Shown here: piece by piece, positions 17,696 through 27,059 of the stretch | How positions within the stretch are numbered: the first letter of the stretch is position 1 | Layout of the letters: every line of letters starts with the position of its first letter | IMG/VR virus record: IMGVR_UViG_3300020202_000062 | Coordinates: 1-64,000 of that record | Source: a virus | DNA: 64,000 nt | Strand: one strand, 5' to 3' | The notes under the pieces: model-generated | Databases searched by the model: none | What the model was told of the DNA's origin: nothing | The model's input: only the letters and a program-made list of their open reading frames with translations | Position numbers and translations under genes: made by a program

Positions 17696-18129
17696 ACGGC
17701 GCTTCCAGAGGGCAAGGTCAGAAAAAGGTGGGTGAAGCAGCGTGTGCTGCTGTGGTTTTCCGGAACCGCAAAAGAATTACTCACTATGCTCGGGGCTTAG
17801 GTAAGCGCAGTAACAATGAAGCAGAGTACGAAGCCCTACTCTTGGGTCTATTGATGTGTGCTATGGCAGACCTCAAGGATCCTGTAATCTATTCAGACTC
17901 TGCTGTAGTTGTGAACCAGGTCACCGGCAGGTGGGAGTGTAAGAATCCCAACCTGCTGCCACTACTGATGTCGATCAAAGATATCCAAAGTGAGTTCAGG
18001 TTTCGGCTGGAACAAGTCCCACGCAACATGGTCTATGTTGCCGATGAACTATGTAACGAGTTCTTAGATAATTTAGATGAGCAGAAGAGGCTCATCGTAC
18101 CTAAGAAACAAATCATTAAATCTAACTAG
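17674..18129 (+). CDS. rnhA: ribonuclease HI
   Basis: FVDGASRG, SNNEAEYEALLLGL, YSDS.VVVNQ, VPR...ADEL. Confidence 0.92.
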   Translation: MYVQVFVDGASRGQGQKKVGEAACAAVVFRNRKRITHYARGLGKRSNNEAEYEALLLGLLMCAMADLKDPVIYSDSAVVVNQVTGRWECKNPNLLPLLMSIKDIQSEFRFRLEQVPRNMVYVADELCNEFLDNLDEQKRLIVPKKQIIKSN

Positions 18130-18134
18130 AGGTC

Positions 18135-18776
18135 ATGGTGTCTGCCAACCCTTACGCACACTTTGAAGACGACGACGAACTATTGGGCGTCAACACAGCA
18201 GCGACCCAGCACAACGGTGCTGTATTTGAACTCCGTGGCCCTCATGGTGAAGATCTTCCTGAAGAAATGCAGGAAGCGCTACAGAAATACCTGGGCTATA
18301 GCATCCCAGTACGATCAGAGACGGTCCCTCTGATCTTCCGTGCAATCACGGGAGTGTACGACTTCTTTGCGAACTTCGCAGACTATTCGACACAAGGACC
18401 GCTGCTAGCCGCCCTGGCAGAAGTAGTTGACGATCTAACAGACGGTAAACTCGGAGAGGTTTACAATCTGATCGAAGCCGAGCGTAAGATCCTTTACACT
18501 TGGGCCATCGAGAAGTTCCTTATTGCCATACTTCCCGAAGATGGGAACTGGGGTAAGGATCTCGCAGGAGATGCGAGCAATGAAGAAGTCGCGATGTATT
18601 TCGAGACTTACTTAGATGCTGTGCGCTTCGTTCGATCGAAGGCTAGTTCTATTTATTACAATCTATGTTCTAAACTCAATCGCCAGCCCGATGAAGGACT
18701 GGTCAACACTGGTATCTATTCTAAGCGTGATGAGATTCGTTACATCACACTGAACAAGCCACCAGTGGCACGTTAA
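18135..18776 (+). CDS. hypothetical protein
   Basis: 213 aa ORF. Confidence 0.75.
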   Translation: MVSANPYAHFEDDDELLGVNTAATQHNGAVFELRGPHGEDLPEEMQEALQKYLGYSIPVRSETVPLIFRAITGVYDFFANFADYSTQGPLLAALAEVVDDLTDGKLGEVYNLIEAERKILYTWAIEKFLIAILPEDGNWGKDLAGDASNEEVAMYFETYLDAVRFVRSKASSIYYNLCSKLNRQPDEGLVNTGIYSKRDEIRYITLNKPPVAR

Positions 18777-18799
18777 AACACAAAGGAACAAGAAGATAA

Positions 18800-19090
18800 A
18801 TGGCTAACACAGCATCGGTCCGGATCCTTCCGACCACAAACAACAACGCACGACGCTCACTTACTGAGGCTGGCATCAACAGCATCCTCGGTGACATCCT
18901 TGATTCAATGATCAAGTACCCCAAGCAGAGCACTGAAGAGCGTGCCTCAGAGACAGCACGTATCGCACGCAAGCGTAAGGTAACTAACCTTCAGGTTGCT
19001 GCCATCCGTGCCAACCTTTCACGTGGTACTTACGGTAACGTCCGCACTCTTATGAGGAACCGCAAGAACAGCCTCTCAGCATCTGCATAG
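18800..19090 (+). CDS. basic hypothetical protein
   Basis: AAGGA SD; Arg-rich. Confidence 0.75.
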   Translation: MANTASVRILPTTNNNARRSLTEAGINSILGDILDSMIKYPKQSTEERASETARIARKRKVTNLQVAAIRANLSRGTYGNVRTLMRNRKNSLSASA

Positions 19091-19100
19091 AGCATCGTAG

Positions 19101-19478
19101 GTGACGGTGGATATCAGTTGGGAAGAATACAAAGATAAGCTGTATCGTTCTCGGTTAGACTGGCAGAACGATTCAGCCTGTCGGAGTATCGAAACAGCAA
19201 AGATGTATCCGTCATCTGAAAAGAATCAGGGGGTAGTTGCAGAGACAATCTGCGCTCCCTGCCCGGTTCGACTGAACTGTCTCGTCTATGCACTAGCATA
19301 TGACGAGCAGTTCGGTGTATGGGGTGGCACTACGGAAAAAGAACGAGCCAAGTTCCAGAAGGAACTTAAGGAGTTCACCACCCTATCTGTAAGAAGGAAG
19401 AACCTAGAGTCAATGGCTGCGCGTCACGTAGGTATTGCAGAGGTCTCCTCTCTTGCGGTGCAAGTAGTTAATGCTTAA
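19101..19478 (+). CDS. whiB: WhiB-family transcriptional regulator
   Basis: W...SAC..., CAPCPVRLNC, FGVWGGT.E.ER. Confidence 0.93.
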   Translation: MTVDISWEEYKDKLYRSRLDWQNDSACRSIETAKMYPSSEKNQGVVAETICAPCPVRLNCLVYALAYDEQFGVWGGTTEKERAKFQKELKEFTTLSVRRKNLESMAARHVGIAEVSSLAVQVVNA

Positions 19479-19606
19479 TTAGAAGGATTGAATGTAGGTT
19501 AGAGAGTTATACATTTATACACAGCGGACTCATAAACCTCATTCAATCCGTCGACCTAAGTCTACTTTCTGAAACTGTAACTTCAACAGAAATAGACAGG
19601 CAACAC

Positions 19607-19882
19607 ATGGTCAACAATACAGAGCTGGAACAGACAATCAGATCCAAGATAGAGACCTACGTTTCTATCGCCTACAAGGCTTTGACGGCTGGTCCGGCTA
19701 TCGGCGGAAGTAAGACGACAGAAGAGTACATCATCAGGTTCATCACTAGAGTGACTGAAGAGTACGTAGTGAAACTATTGACACGTTTTGCTATCAGTTT
19801 GAGTACTGCTTTCTGGTCTATAAAAGAACTATTTGACTACATTAACAATCGACGGGCACGGAAAGACTTAGTGCTCGTCTAA
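19607..19882 (+). CDS. hypothetical protein
   Basis: 91 aa ORF. Confidence 0.55.
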   Translation: MVNNTELEQTIRSKIETYVSIAYKALTAGPAIGGSKTTEEYIIRFITRVTEEYVVKLLTRFAISLSTAFWSIKELFDYINNRRARKDLVLV

Positions 19883-19910
19883 CGAGAGTTGTTCGAAAGA
19901 GCCTACCATC

Positions 19911-20336
19911 ATGAGTGGTTACACCGATACTCGTCCAGAGGATAGCGGAGTGATAGAAACGTTCACCTTTTCAACCAAGTTGATTCCAGATACTAAGGCA
20001 AACATTGACCTTCAATTAGAAGCGTTAAATGCTCGCCTTGAGAACCTGGTAGACAAGTGTAAGGTAGACTATCAAGACGGTAGGTACCCAATTCTCGCGA
20101 AAATCTTGGATGTAAGTCGCGATCGCACCGAACTGGAGCGCCTATCAAAGGGGCTCCAGATCGTGGCGTCGTTCATCGAAGAGTTTGACGTACTTCGTGA
20201 GCGACAGAATGTATTAGCAATGGCCCAGAAGGATCCAGGTTGGTTCGCTGCTGCCTTTGGCGACTTTGATAAAGACATCAACCATTTTCTAGATGTCATA
20301 ACTCAAGATGATGAGACTTTAACTAGCGAGGAATAG
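19911..20336 (+). CDS. hypothetical protein, first gene of the Ubl operon
   Basis: TAGTG-coupled to the E2 gene. Confidence 0.7.
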   Translation: MSGYTDTRPEDSGVIETFTFSTKLIPDTKANIDLQLEALNARLENLVDKCKVDYQDGRYPILAKILDVSRDRTELERLSKGLQIVASFIEEFDVLRERQNVLAMAQKDPGWFAAAFGDFDKDINHFLDVITQDDETLTSEE

Positions 20337-21892
20337 TGAAAACTGAGATCGTACTAGGTGCTGATGGCGTCCGTAAGGATGTCGACATGGGCACGGTGTC
20401 ACAGAGTGACTTCCGCGACATGGCCAGCACCTATAAGGAACTTTCAAAGATTGCTCTCTTCGATACTGGTATCCTACCCTTGCTAGGATCAGGTGTCCTA
20501 GCAATCCGCCATTGCCTCAATCATACACAGATTGTAGTCCAGCATGCTCCTGGAAAATACTACATCAACTGGTGTGACAACGAAGGTGATGAAGATGTAC
20601 AGACATACTACTTGGCTCAGCCATGGCGTATCGTTATCGGTGATATCAAGGACGACGAACTCTTAGGTGCTCGTACCTTCTATTCGCCTCACCCAATCCA
20701 GACATTAGAGCAGCCGCTCTATCACGTCAACCTACCTAACATCAACTGTGAAGGCTACGGCTATGCCTCTGAGCCTTATGGTGGGAACGGTGTAGGTTGG
20801 ATTTGCCTCTACCACACTGGTAGTTGGCACAACCTAACGATGGGTGAGAGGATCCGTGCTCTCATCGAGCGTGCCTCAGGCGTAGAAGTCTACAACGATG
20901 GCAACATGAGCGAGACAGACGGTCCTCGCTTTTACTTTAAGAACGAAAAGCCAGAATACGTTTGCTCCCCCGATGCCTGGCAGAAGAAGTCAGATGAAGA
21001 AGGATTTGAGTGGACGCTGGATGAGGATCTTTGGATTCCTGTCCTGGTTACTGGACGAGACAAGCAAGATCGGCACGACCCTGAGGGTGTACCGCTGACT
21101 CTAGAGATGGCAATGTATGGTGGCTATCGTGCGTACTACGAGGAGAATCTAGTACCGAAGCCAGTCAATGCATTTGGCCGCGACGATCTAGAGAATCCAA
21201 CGGGCAAGGAACTATTCAAGCATATCTCAAGCGCAGTATCCAAGGCGAACATCGCAACAACTGGACCCGTCAAGCCACAGGTAGTCGCGGTAGAGGAAGT
21301 TCTAGCAGAGAACATCTGCAAGTGCTGCGAAGAAGACGAAATTGATGACTACGACTTTGTTGTCATCCATGATGGCACTAAGATCTGCTCCAGATGTGCG
21401 AACGAAGGTTGCTACGTACCTTGCGAAGAGTGCCATGACTACTTCCACTACAAGTCTGCTAAGCCCTTCAGTGAGGATGAAGAACTCTGGGCGTGTAATG
21501 ATCACGCACACCTATTAGACACATGCTCTGGCTGTGGTGCATACTGGTGGAAGAATCCAGGTGCTGGAATTGATGACTGGAGACACTGCATAGACTGTGC
21601 CGTTCCTGTCGACTGTTCAAGCTGCGGTAACGTCGTTGCTGATTGTGATATCATCGTTGTAGAGGCTAAGGCTTCTCCAGACGATGAGCACACAATGGAG
21701 TTCTCTCTCTGTCACTCCTGTGCAGGTAGCACTAAGACCTGTGCATGTAATGTCTTGGTCAACGCCAAAGACACCGGCCCACTAAACGGCCTGTCGGTAT
21801 GTCAGCCATGCGTCGTGAATGACGATGAAGGCATCCCTTCTTATGTCCCACAGTCTGCCGTGAATGTCACGTTGACTACTACTACTTCCTAA
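20336..21892 (+). CDS. prokaryotic E2-like (Prok-E2_D type) protein fused to zinc-finger repeats
   Basis: LAQPW, LYHVNLPNINC...GWICL; about ten CxxC/CxxH pairs in the C-terminal part. Confidence 0.7.
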   Translation: MKTEIVLGADGVRKDVDMGTVSQSDFRDMASTYKELSKIALFDTGILPLLGSGVLAIRHCLNHTQIVVQHAPGKYYINWCDNEGDEDVQTYYLAQPWRIVIGDIKDDELLGARTFYSPHPIQTLEQPLYHVNLPNINCEGYGYASEPYGGNGVGWICLYHTGSWHNLTMGERIRALIERASGVEVYNDGNMSETDGPRFYFKNEKPEYVCSPDAWQKKSDEEGFEWTLDEDLWIPVLVTGRDKQDRHDPEGVPLTLEMAMYGGYRAYYEENLVPKPVNAFGRDDLENPTGKELFKHISSAVSKANIATTGPVKPQVVAVEEVLAENICKCCEEDEIDDYDFVVIHDGTKICSRCANEGCYVPCEECHDYFHYKSAKPFSEDEELWACNDHAHLLDTCSGCGAYWWKNPGAGIDDWRHCIDCAVPVDCSSCGNVVADCDIIVVEAKASPDDEHTMEFSLCHSCAGSTKTCACNVLVNAKDTGPLNGLSVCQPCVVNDDEGIPSYVPQSAVNVTLTTTTS

Positions 21893-21903
21893 GGATCATT
21901 TAA

Positions 21904-23133
21904 GTGAGTGAACCATTCGTAGCAGTTCCCATGGAGGAACTCAATTACTTCTGGGTCATCGAAGATGAGGTACCTTGCTTCATCGGTGACGTAGAAGACA
22001 TCACCAAGCACGCCGACACCTACGGTTATGAGATCTACTACGTTCTCGCTAACCGTGAGGTGACTACGAAGGGGGCAAACAATGTCGTCCATACTTCGTA
22101 CGAGCCAAGCACCTGGAAGGTTATCAACACCTTTGTCGGTCGCGCCATAGTCCCAGCAGATGGTGAAATCGCTCTTACTACTCTTGAGACCAACGCATGG
22201 TACAGCCTGCCGAAGATCCCGTGGGAACTAGTTCAGCGCATCGACACATTCTTCCGTGCAGTTGACAAGAAGCACTCGACTGAGTCTATTGTCATCCTCA
22301 CCTTTGATTCGACTAAGGACGATTCATCTGGTTGGGGTGTCTTGGTACCAAACCAGGAGAACTCAGCCGTAGATTGTGATTACGATCCCACCAGTGTGGC
22401 CGAGGCTAAGTCTGAGGCTGGCGAGCACATCAACATCGTAGGCTCAGTACATAGCCATCCCGATATGTCAGCCTATGCATCACACACTGACCACAAGGAT
22501 CAGGCCACCTTCCCTGGTATTCACATCACGCACGGCTGGTCTAACAAGACCGGTGGCGTTACTGAATACCACATCGAGTTCATGATGGGTGGTTACACCT
22601 GGGAGTTCAAGCCAGAGCAGGTATTCGCCAACATGCCACAGCCCGAGATCGTCGTAGACGAAGAGATCGAGGAGTGGATGTCTAAGGTGAAGCCAGCGAC
22701 GAAGACCTTCCCAAAAGCTGGGAGTGGCACCTTTGGCTCGACTTCTAGCCCTGGCGGCCACTCTTCGGGCTCTGGTAACGCTGCGCTAACTCGCATCACG
22801 TTACCCTCCGATGCTCCTAGCCTTGATGATACGATCATCATTGGTGAGATTGCTAGGGACTCGCGTAACTGCTTGCTTTGTGATGGGCTACTAATCGGTC
22901 CAGAACTGGACAAGCGTCGTTGCTTGTCTTGCCACTCGTATCTGCTTCTCCCAGAAGAGACCATCGCCAACCTCCTTGAGGTTCAGGCTGAGTATAAACT
23001 CTTCGCATGGGAGATCGATCCTAGCCAGAAGCCAGATAAGGCTATTGTCATTTGGCGGAAGACCGAGGATGGCAAGAACGTATACGAGAATGTCTACACT
23101 CCTGAATCTGAGTCAACCCTGGGAAAATCCTAA
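21904..23133 (+). CDS. JAB/MPN+ metallo-isopeptidase
   Basis: E...VGSVHSHPDMSAYASHTD (HxH-x7-S-x2-D). Confidence 0.9.
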   Translation: MSEPFVAVPMEELNYFWVIEDEVPCFIGDVEDITKHADTYGYEIYYVLANREVTTKGANNVVHTSYEPSTWKVINTFVGRAIVPADGEIALTTLETNAWYSLPKIPWELVQRIDTFFRAVDKKHSTESIVILTFDSTKDDSSGWGVLVPNQENSAVDCDYDPTSVAEAKSEAGEHINIVGSVHSHPDMSAYASHTDHKDQATFPGIHITHGWSNKTGGVTEYHIEFMMGGYTWEFKPEQVFANMPQPEIVVDEEIEEWMSKVKPATKTFPKAGSGTFGSTSSPGGHSSGSGNAALTRITLPSDAPSLDDTIIIGEIARDSRNCLLCDGLLIGPELDKRRCLSCHSYLLLPEETIANLLEVQAEYKLFAWEIDPSQKPDKAIVIWRKTEDGKNVYENVYTPESESTLGKS

Positions 23134-23777
23134 GGTGGCTCTCTAGGACAGGTGGATCCTCCGAGGGTCGGGAATATCTTTCCGGTCCCGGAGGGTCTAT
23201 CCTAGACGTAGGCTTCTGCGTAGAGTGCGGCGAACTGACCGAAGGTGATGGTCCAGAAGACAGTCTATGCCCTAGTTGCTGGAAAGAACTACGCCCAGCA
23301 CAAGAAGCATTTGATTGGGAGTTTCAGTGCGATGAATGTCAAGAGCCTGTGGAGTTTGCTTCACTTCTCTGTCGCTCATGCAAGTATGTATTCCCAACTG
23401 ACCACTGGACTGGTTGGACTAACCTTAGTGCAGAGGCAGTAAGACAAGCAGAGCCACCTCCCTTCGAAATAGATCCATCAGAGATCTACGACTATATGTT
23501 GTGCTGTAACGAGTCCCAGTGGGATTGTCAGTGCGAAGGCAGACAGAAGATCTCCTGGGATATGCGGAATGATGTTCCCAGAGAAGTCATGCAGAGTGCA
23601 TACAAACTAAACTCCAGTTGTATGGGGTGCGAGTTCTACTACACCCCAGCCTGCATGCCCTTCCGTGCCTGGATAAAGAACACATTGCTCACCGGCGAAG
23701 TCGGTGTACAAATCACTACTTGTAGCGCCTTCAAAGCAGATGAGACCTATGGTGCATATGCTTTTGAGTATGTATAA
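23121..23777 (+). CDS. Cys-rich extension of JAB reached by -1 frameshift at GGGAAAA
   Basis: -1 frame is open from 23121 to 23777 with no ATG/GTG/TTG before 23349; CVEC, CPSC, CDEC, CRSC. Confidence 0.75.
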   Translation, partial: GKILRWLSRTGGSSEGREYLSGPGGSILDVGFCVECGELTEGDGPEDSLCPSCWKELRPAQEAFDWEFQCDECQEPVEFASLLCRSCKYVFPTDHWTGWTNLSAEAVRQAEPPPFEIDPSEIYDYMLCCNESQWDCQCEGRQKISWDMRNDVPREVMQSAYKLNSSCMGCEFYYTPACMPFRAWIKNTLLTGEVGVQITTCSAFKADETYGAYAFEYV

Positions 23778-23814
23778 AAACTCAGGGAAGGCATTAAGAA
23801 AGGTACTCTAAACC

Positions 23815-24585
23815 ATGCGCGATCCCTATCGTACCATTGTGGTAGGTTGTGGGGGTATCGGCACCTGGCTGATCGAAGGTCTGTGTCGACAGATCTCAGC
23901 ATCAGCCCCTGGTTCTGGCATCATCCTAATTGACGGCGATTCATTCGAAGAGAAGAATCGTGAGCGTCAGTTGTTCAATGGTGCTGGCAACAAGGCAGTG
24001 GTGCTTGCCCGAAACCTCACACCACAATTCCAGAACCTCATGATCGTTGGTCAGCCCTGGTGGGTTGTCGGTGGTGAGGTATCTGGTGAGCCTGAAGAGG
24101 CATCAGATGACGGGACCGTGGTGACACGAGTACCTGCCAAGAAGATTCTTCAGAACGGCGATGTAGTCTATGCTGTTGTCGACAACAACGCAGCACGTAA
24201 GGTGTTGCTTGAAGCGGCAATGGAGATCGACAACATTGATGTGTTCTGTGCCGGTAATGATGACATGTACTACGGTTCAGTCTATCACTACCAGAGGCGA
24301 GATGGCCGTGACATCACGGTCAATCCGCTAGAAAATCACCCGGAGTATGCTGATCCTCAGGATCGGAACCCCGGTGAAATGAGTTGCCAGGAGCGCGCTG
24401 AACTAGATAGTGGTACTCAGCTCGTGGCAACCAACATGGCCGTTGCGGCTTGGCTGCTCGGTCGTAATCATAAGAGCATTCTTATGGGTGACGAACCGGA
24501 TGTGACTCAGATCTATTTCGATCTAGGTCATGGGCTAGCCCAATCGAATGATCGACGTATTGAATACGCCACAACGGCATCCTAA
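23815..24585 (+). CDS. ThiF/E1-like adenylyltransferase
   Basis: VGCGGIG, IDGD.FE.KN..RQ, NKA, VDNNAARK, putative catalytic SC. Confidence 0.92.
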   Translation: MRDPYRTIVVGCGGIGTWLIEGLCRQISASAPGSGIILIDGDSFEEKNRERQLFNGAGNKAVVLARNLTPQFQNLMIVGQPWWVVGGEVSGEPEEASDDGTVVTRVPAKKILQNGDVVYAVVDNNAARKVLLEAAMEIDNIDVFCAGNDDMYYGSVYHYQRRDGRDITVNPLENHPEYADPQDRNPGEMSCQERAELDSGTQLVATNMAVAAWLLGRNHKSILMGDEPDVTQIYFDLGHGLAQSNDRRIEYATTAS

Positions 24586-24614
24586 CCTAGGTTAAACTAC
24601 AGGAGATATATCTA

Positions 24615-24875
24615 ATGGAAATGGCTTCAGGCCCTCAGAAGAAGGCCACAGCAGCAGCGGCACAGCCGACGAAGATTCAGTTCGGCTTCTTCACACTGAC
24701 TGGTAACCAGTACGCTGGCAAGACCATCGGTGAGATCCGCGCACAGCGTGGTCCAATGTGGCAGATGCCCGAAGACACCGTCGCTATGATCGGTGGTCAG
24801 AAGGTTGATGACACTCGCGTTCTAGCAGAAGGCGATCAGTTGGAGTTCCACCGCAAGGCCGGTGAGAAGGGCTAG
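24615..24875 (+). CDS. ubiquitin-like (beta-grasp) protein ending AGEKG
   Basis: GKTIGEIR...AMIGG..V....VL.EGD.LEF..KAGEKG; strong AGGAG SD. Confidence 0.85.
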   Translation: MEMASGPQKKATAAAAQPTKIQFGFFTLTGNQYAGKTIGEIRAQRGPMWQMPEDTVAMIGGQKVDDTRVLAEGDQLEFHRKAGEKG

Positions 24876-24892
24876 TCTCTTCATTAGTAGGA

Positions 24893-24932
24893 CTGAGGGT
24901 AGGGTTGGGGCGAATGGCAGCCCTACCCTCAG
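24893..24932 (+). terminator. 15-bp hairpin after Ubl gene
   Basis: CTGAGGGTAGGGTTG/CAGCCCTACCCTCAG; no U tract. Confidence 0.55.
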
Positions 24933-24956
24933 AAATACATATTCCTAAGGCTTACT

Positions 24957-26129
24957 ATGACTTCACAATCTCTTGCTATAAATCGTTTTTTTAAAGAGCA
25001 GCCAGATTGTATGGCGCACAGTCGGAACGCAGACGAACTGAAAGAACGATTCGAAGCGTTAGTTGCAGTGCCAAAGAATACTACAAAGACTGGCACCGCC
25101 AAAGATAGGCTAGCAGTCTTCGCTAGCAAGGGACTAGCCGAAGGTACTCATTGGTTCAATATGGGTAAGGTGTTCGAACACAACTTCGCTCGCACATACC
25201 CTAACCCGACCATCAAGTACTGGCTAGAGAAACAAGTTGGCATTCCATCAGACCAGTGCCAACTGGCCTTCATGGACAACGGTGACATCTTCCTGTTTAA
25301 GATTGAACCCAAGAACATTGAAGCAGTAAAGATCAAAGCACTGCCTACGCTCGACGGCAAGGCTGTAGACTTCTCGGTGCAAGAGCGTCCTAAGAAGCGC
25401 GCCGCTGTCGACCCAAGGTTTGGGGACATGCCTGATGTATCTGGTATGGCAATCTGTATGCCTAATTATCATGGCGGTGATACTCCGTCTGATATCACGC
25501 GTCTCCATAATGCAGGCTTTCCGCACCGCCGTATCGTTGCGGTTGAGAAAGATAAGACAGTATATGGTAGACTTTACGAACAAGTGCGGGGGCTGGGAGT
25601 AATCACAGTCAACCAAGATGTCGAAGAAGTTGTATGGGATCTCGCTAACGACGGCGACCGTGTCTCATGCTACTACGCAGACTACTGTGGTCAGTTCACC
25701 AAGAAGGTTCTCCATGGCTTCGAAGGCTTGATGGGTAATCTTACTGACAACGCACGCGTTATGGCAACCTTCAGTCGCTGTCATGACTCAGTCAAGTTCG
25801 ATGATATCTATGGTCCGCTAATGTTTGAGAAGTTAGCGAAGATGCGTAAGCGCCACTTCTTTCCATCAGAAGCATATGCTACACCAGCAGCGTGCTTGTG
25901 GATAACGCTTGTGATCAACCACGCACTCGGTTTAACAGCAGAGCAGTTTGCTAACCGTGTCACTATGCCTACTCCTAAGACTGGTTATTATGTAGAGGTC
26001 AAGTCTATTGACTACTATGCTGACTCGGTTCCCATGGAGTTTTCGACCTTCGATCTTCGTAAGGTTGACGATCCAGCAGATCATCTGCCAGATATGATCA
26101 GGGATTTGATGATTTCGTTCAGTGCATAG
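24957..26129 (+). CDS. hypothetical protein, C-terminal part possibly SAM-methyltransferase-like
   Basis: IVAVEKD, NQDV, YADYCG patterns. Confidence 0.55.
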   Translation: MTSQSLAINRFFKEQPDCMAHSRNADELKERFEALVAVPKNTTKTGTAKDRLAVFASKGLAEGTHWFNMGKVFEHNFARTYPNPTIKYWLEKQVGIPSDQCQLAFMDNGDIFLFKIEPKNIEAVKIKALPTLDGKAVDFSVQERPKKRAAVDPRFGDMPDVSGMAICMPNYHGGDTPSDITRLHNAGFPHRRIVAVEKDKTVYGRLYEQVRGLGVITVNQDVEEVVWDLANDGDRVSCYYADYCGQFTKKVLHGFEGLMGNLTDNARVMATFSRCHDSVKFDDIYGPLMFEKLAKMRKRHFFPSEAYATPAACLWITLVINHALGLTAEQFANRVTMPTPKTGYYVEVKSIDYYADSVPMEFSTFDLRKVDDPADHLPDMIRDLMISFSA

Positions 26130-26168
26130 TGGTATACTAGACCTCACCACAAATATGAGAGGTTTAGT

Positions 26169-26687
26169 ATGGCAACAGTTCAGAAGATTCTGGAGGCGAA
26201 GCGCGCTCTAGATGAACTTCTTGGTCCTGAGTTGACTGAGATCATCGAGGCTATGAAAGAAGAGCCCGGTCCAAAGAACAAGTACTTTGTTGAGATCCCT
26301 TCCGGTGAGAAGGTTGACTACTCCATCGAAGAGATGATGGCTCTAGTTGCCGTCACGTCTAACCGATATCAGCGAGCGGCTCGTGCAGCAGGTCTGGCAA
26401 GATCACTCTTCAAGATCTCTGAAGCACGGTATAAGTTGAAGTTTAAGACTTCACTCACAGGTAAGAACACAGCAGAGCGTGAAGCCAACGCAATGGAAGC
26501 TGCCACTCAGGAGTTTCTGGCACTAGCAGTTGTAGAATCCTGTGTTGAATTAGCTGAATCACTGGAGTCAGCAGCAAAGATGGCTAATGAATCTGCCAAG
26601 AAGATCTTGGATAAGATCCAGACGATGTATGTTGCTCAGCGTCGTGAAGAAAAAGGTGCCTACCGAGAAAGTGATTTTGGTAGATAA
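26169..26687 (+). CDS. helical/coiled-coil hypothetical protein
   Basis: GAGG SD; upstream TGgTATACT. Confidence 0.75.
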   Translation: MATVQKILEAKRALDELLGPELTEIIEAMKEEPGPKNKYFVEIPSGEKVDYSIEEMMALVAVTSNRYQRAARAAGLARSLFKISEARYKLKFKTSLTGKNTAEREANAMEAATQEFLALAVVESCVELAESLESAAKMANESAKKILDKIQTMYVAQRREEKGAYRESDFGR

Positions 26688-26733
26688 CTATGCTACAATA
26701 GTATATGTATGAATACATGTATAAAGGTGGCTA

Positions 26734-26991
26734 ATGGTGGTTAATCCTACTTACTACGGTGAATATCGGTCAAGCACGGTGTCTCAGACAGGCTGCATCA
26801 AGCAGTTCGTGACGACACCTGGTTCAAATCTACTCTTCCCGCCACAGGTCAGTTACGAATGTGATCTGTGTAAGAAGTCACATGGTTTCAGGCTGGTCCG
26901 AACATGGTCAGTCTCCACCGAGCGCCAAATCAAGCAATTTGAGAAGTATTGTCAAGATCACAAGATGGATCAAGACGTACCGCTTAACTAA
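26734..26991 (+). CDS. hypothetical protein
   Basis: 85 aa; CDLC. Confidence 0.6.
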   Translation: MVVNPTYYGEYRSSTVSQTGCIKQFVTTPGSNLLFPPQVSYECDLCKKSHGFRLVRTWSVSTERQIKQFEKYCQDHKMDQDVPLN

Positions 26992-27013
26992 GTCTTTATC
27001 TATAACTACAGCG

Positions 27014-27040
27014 AAGGGACCAGCATCGTCTGGTCCTTTT
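27014..27040 (+). terminator. intrinsic terminator-like hairpin
   Basis: AAGGGACCAG-CATCGT-CTGGTCCTTTT. Confidence 0.55.
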
Positions 27041-27059
27041 GTATTTGAGAGGAAGTTTT

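Noticed and set aside
23245-23442. 65-aa ORF after JAB
   Set aside because: Overlaps the Cys-rich -1 frame, which is far more protein-like
23815-24875. ThiF/ThiS or MoeB/MoaD cofactor biosynthesis
   Set aside because: No thiG or moaE context, the Ubl ends KG rather than GG, and E2 and JAB genes are linked
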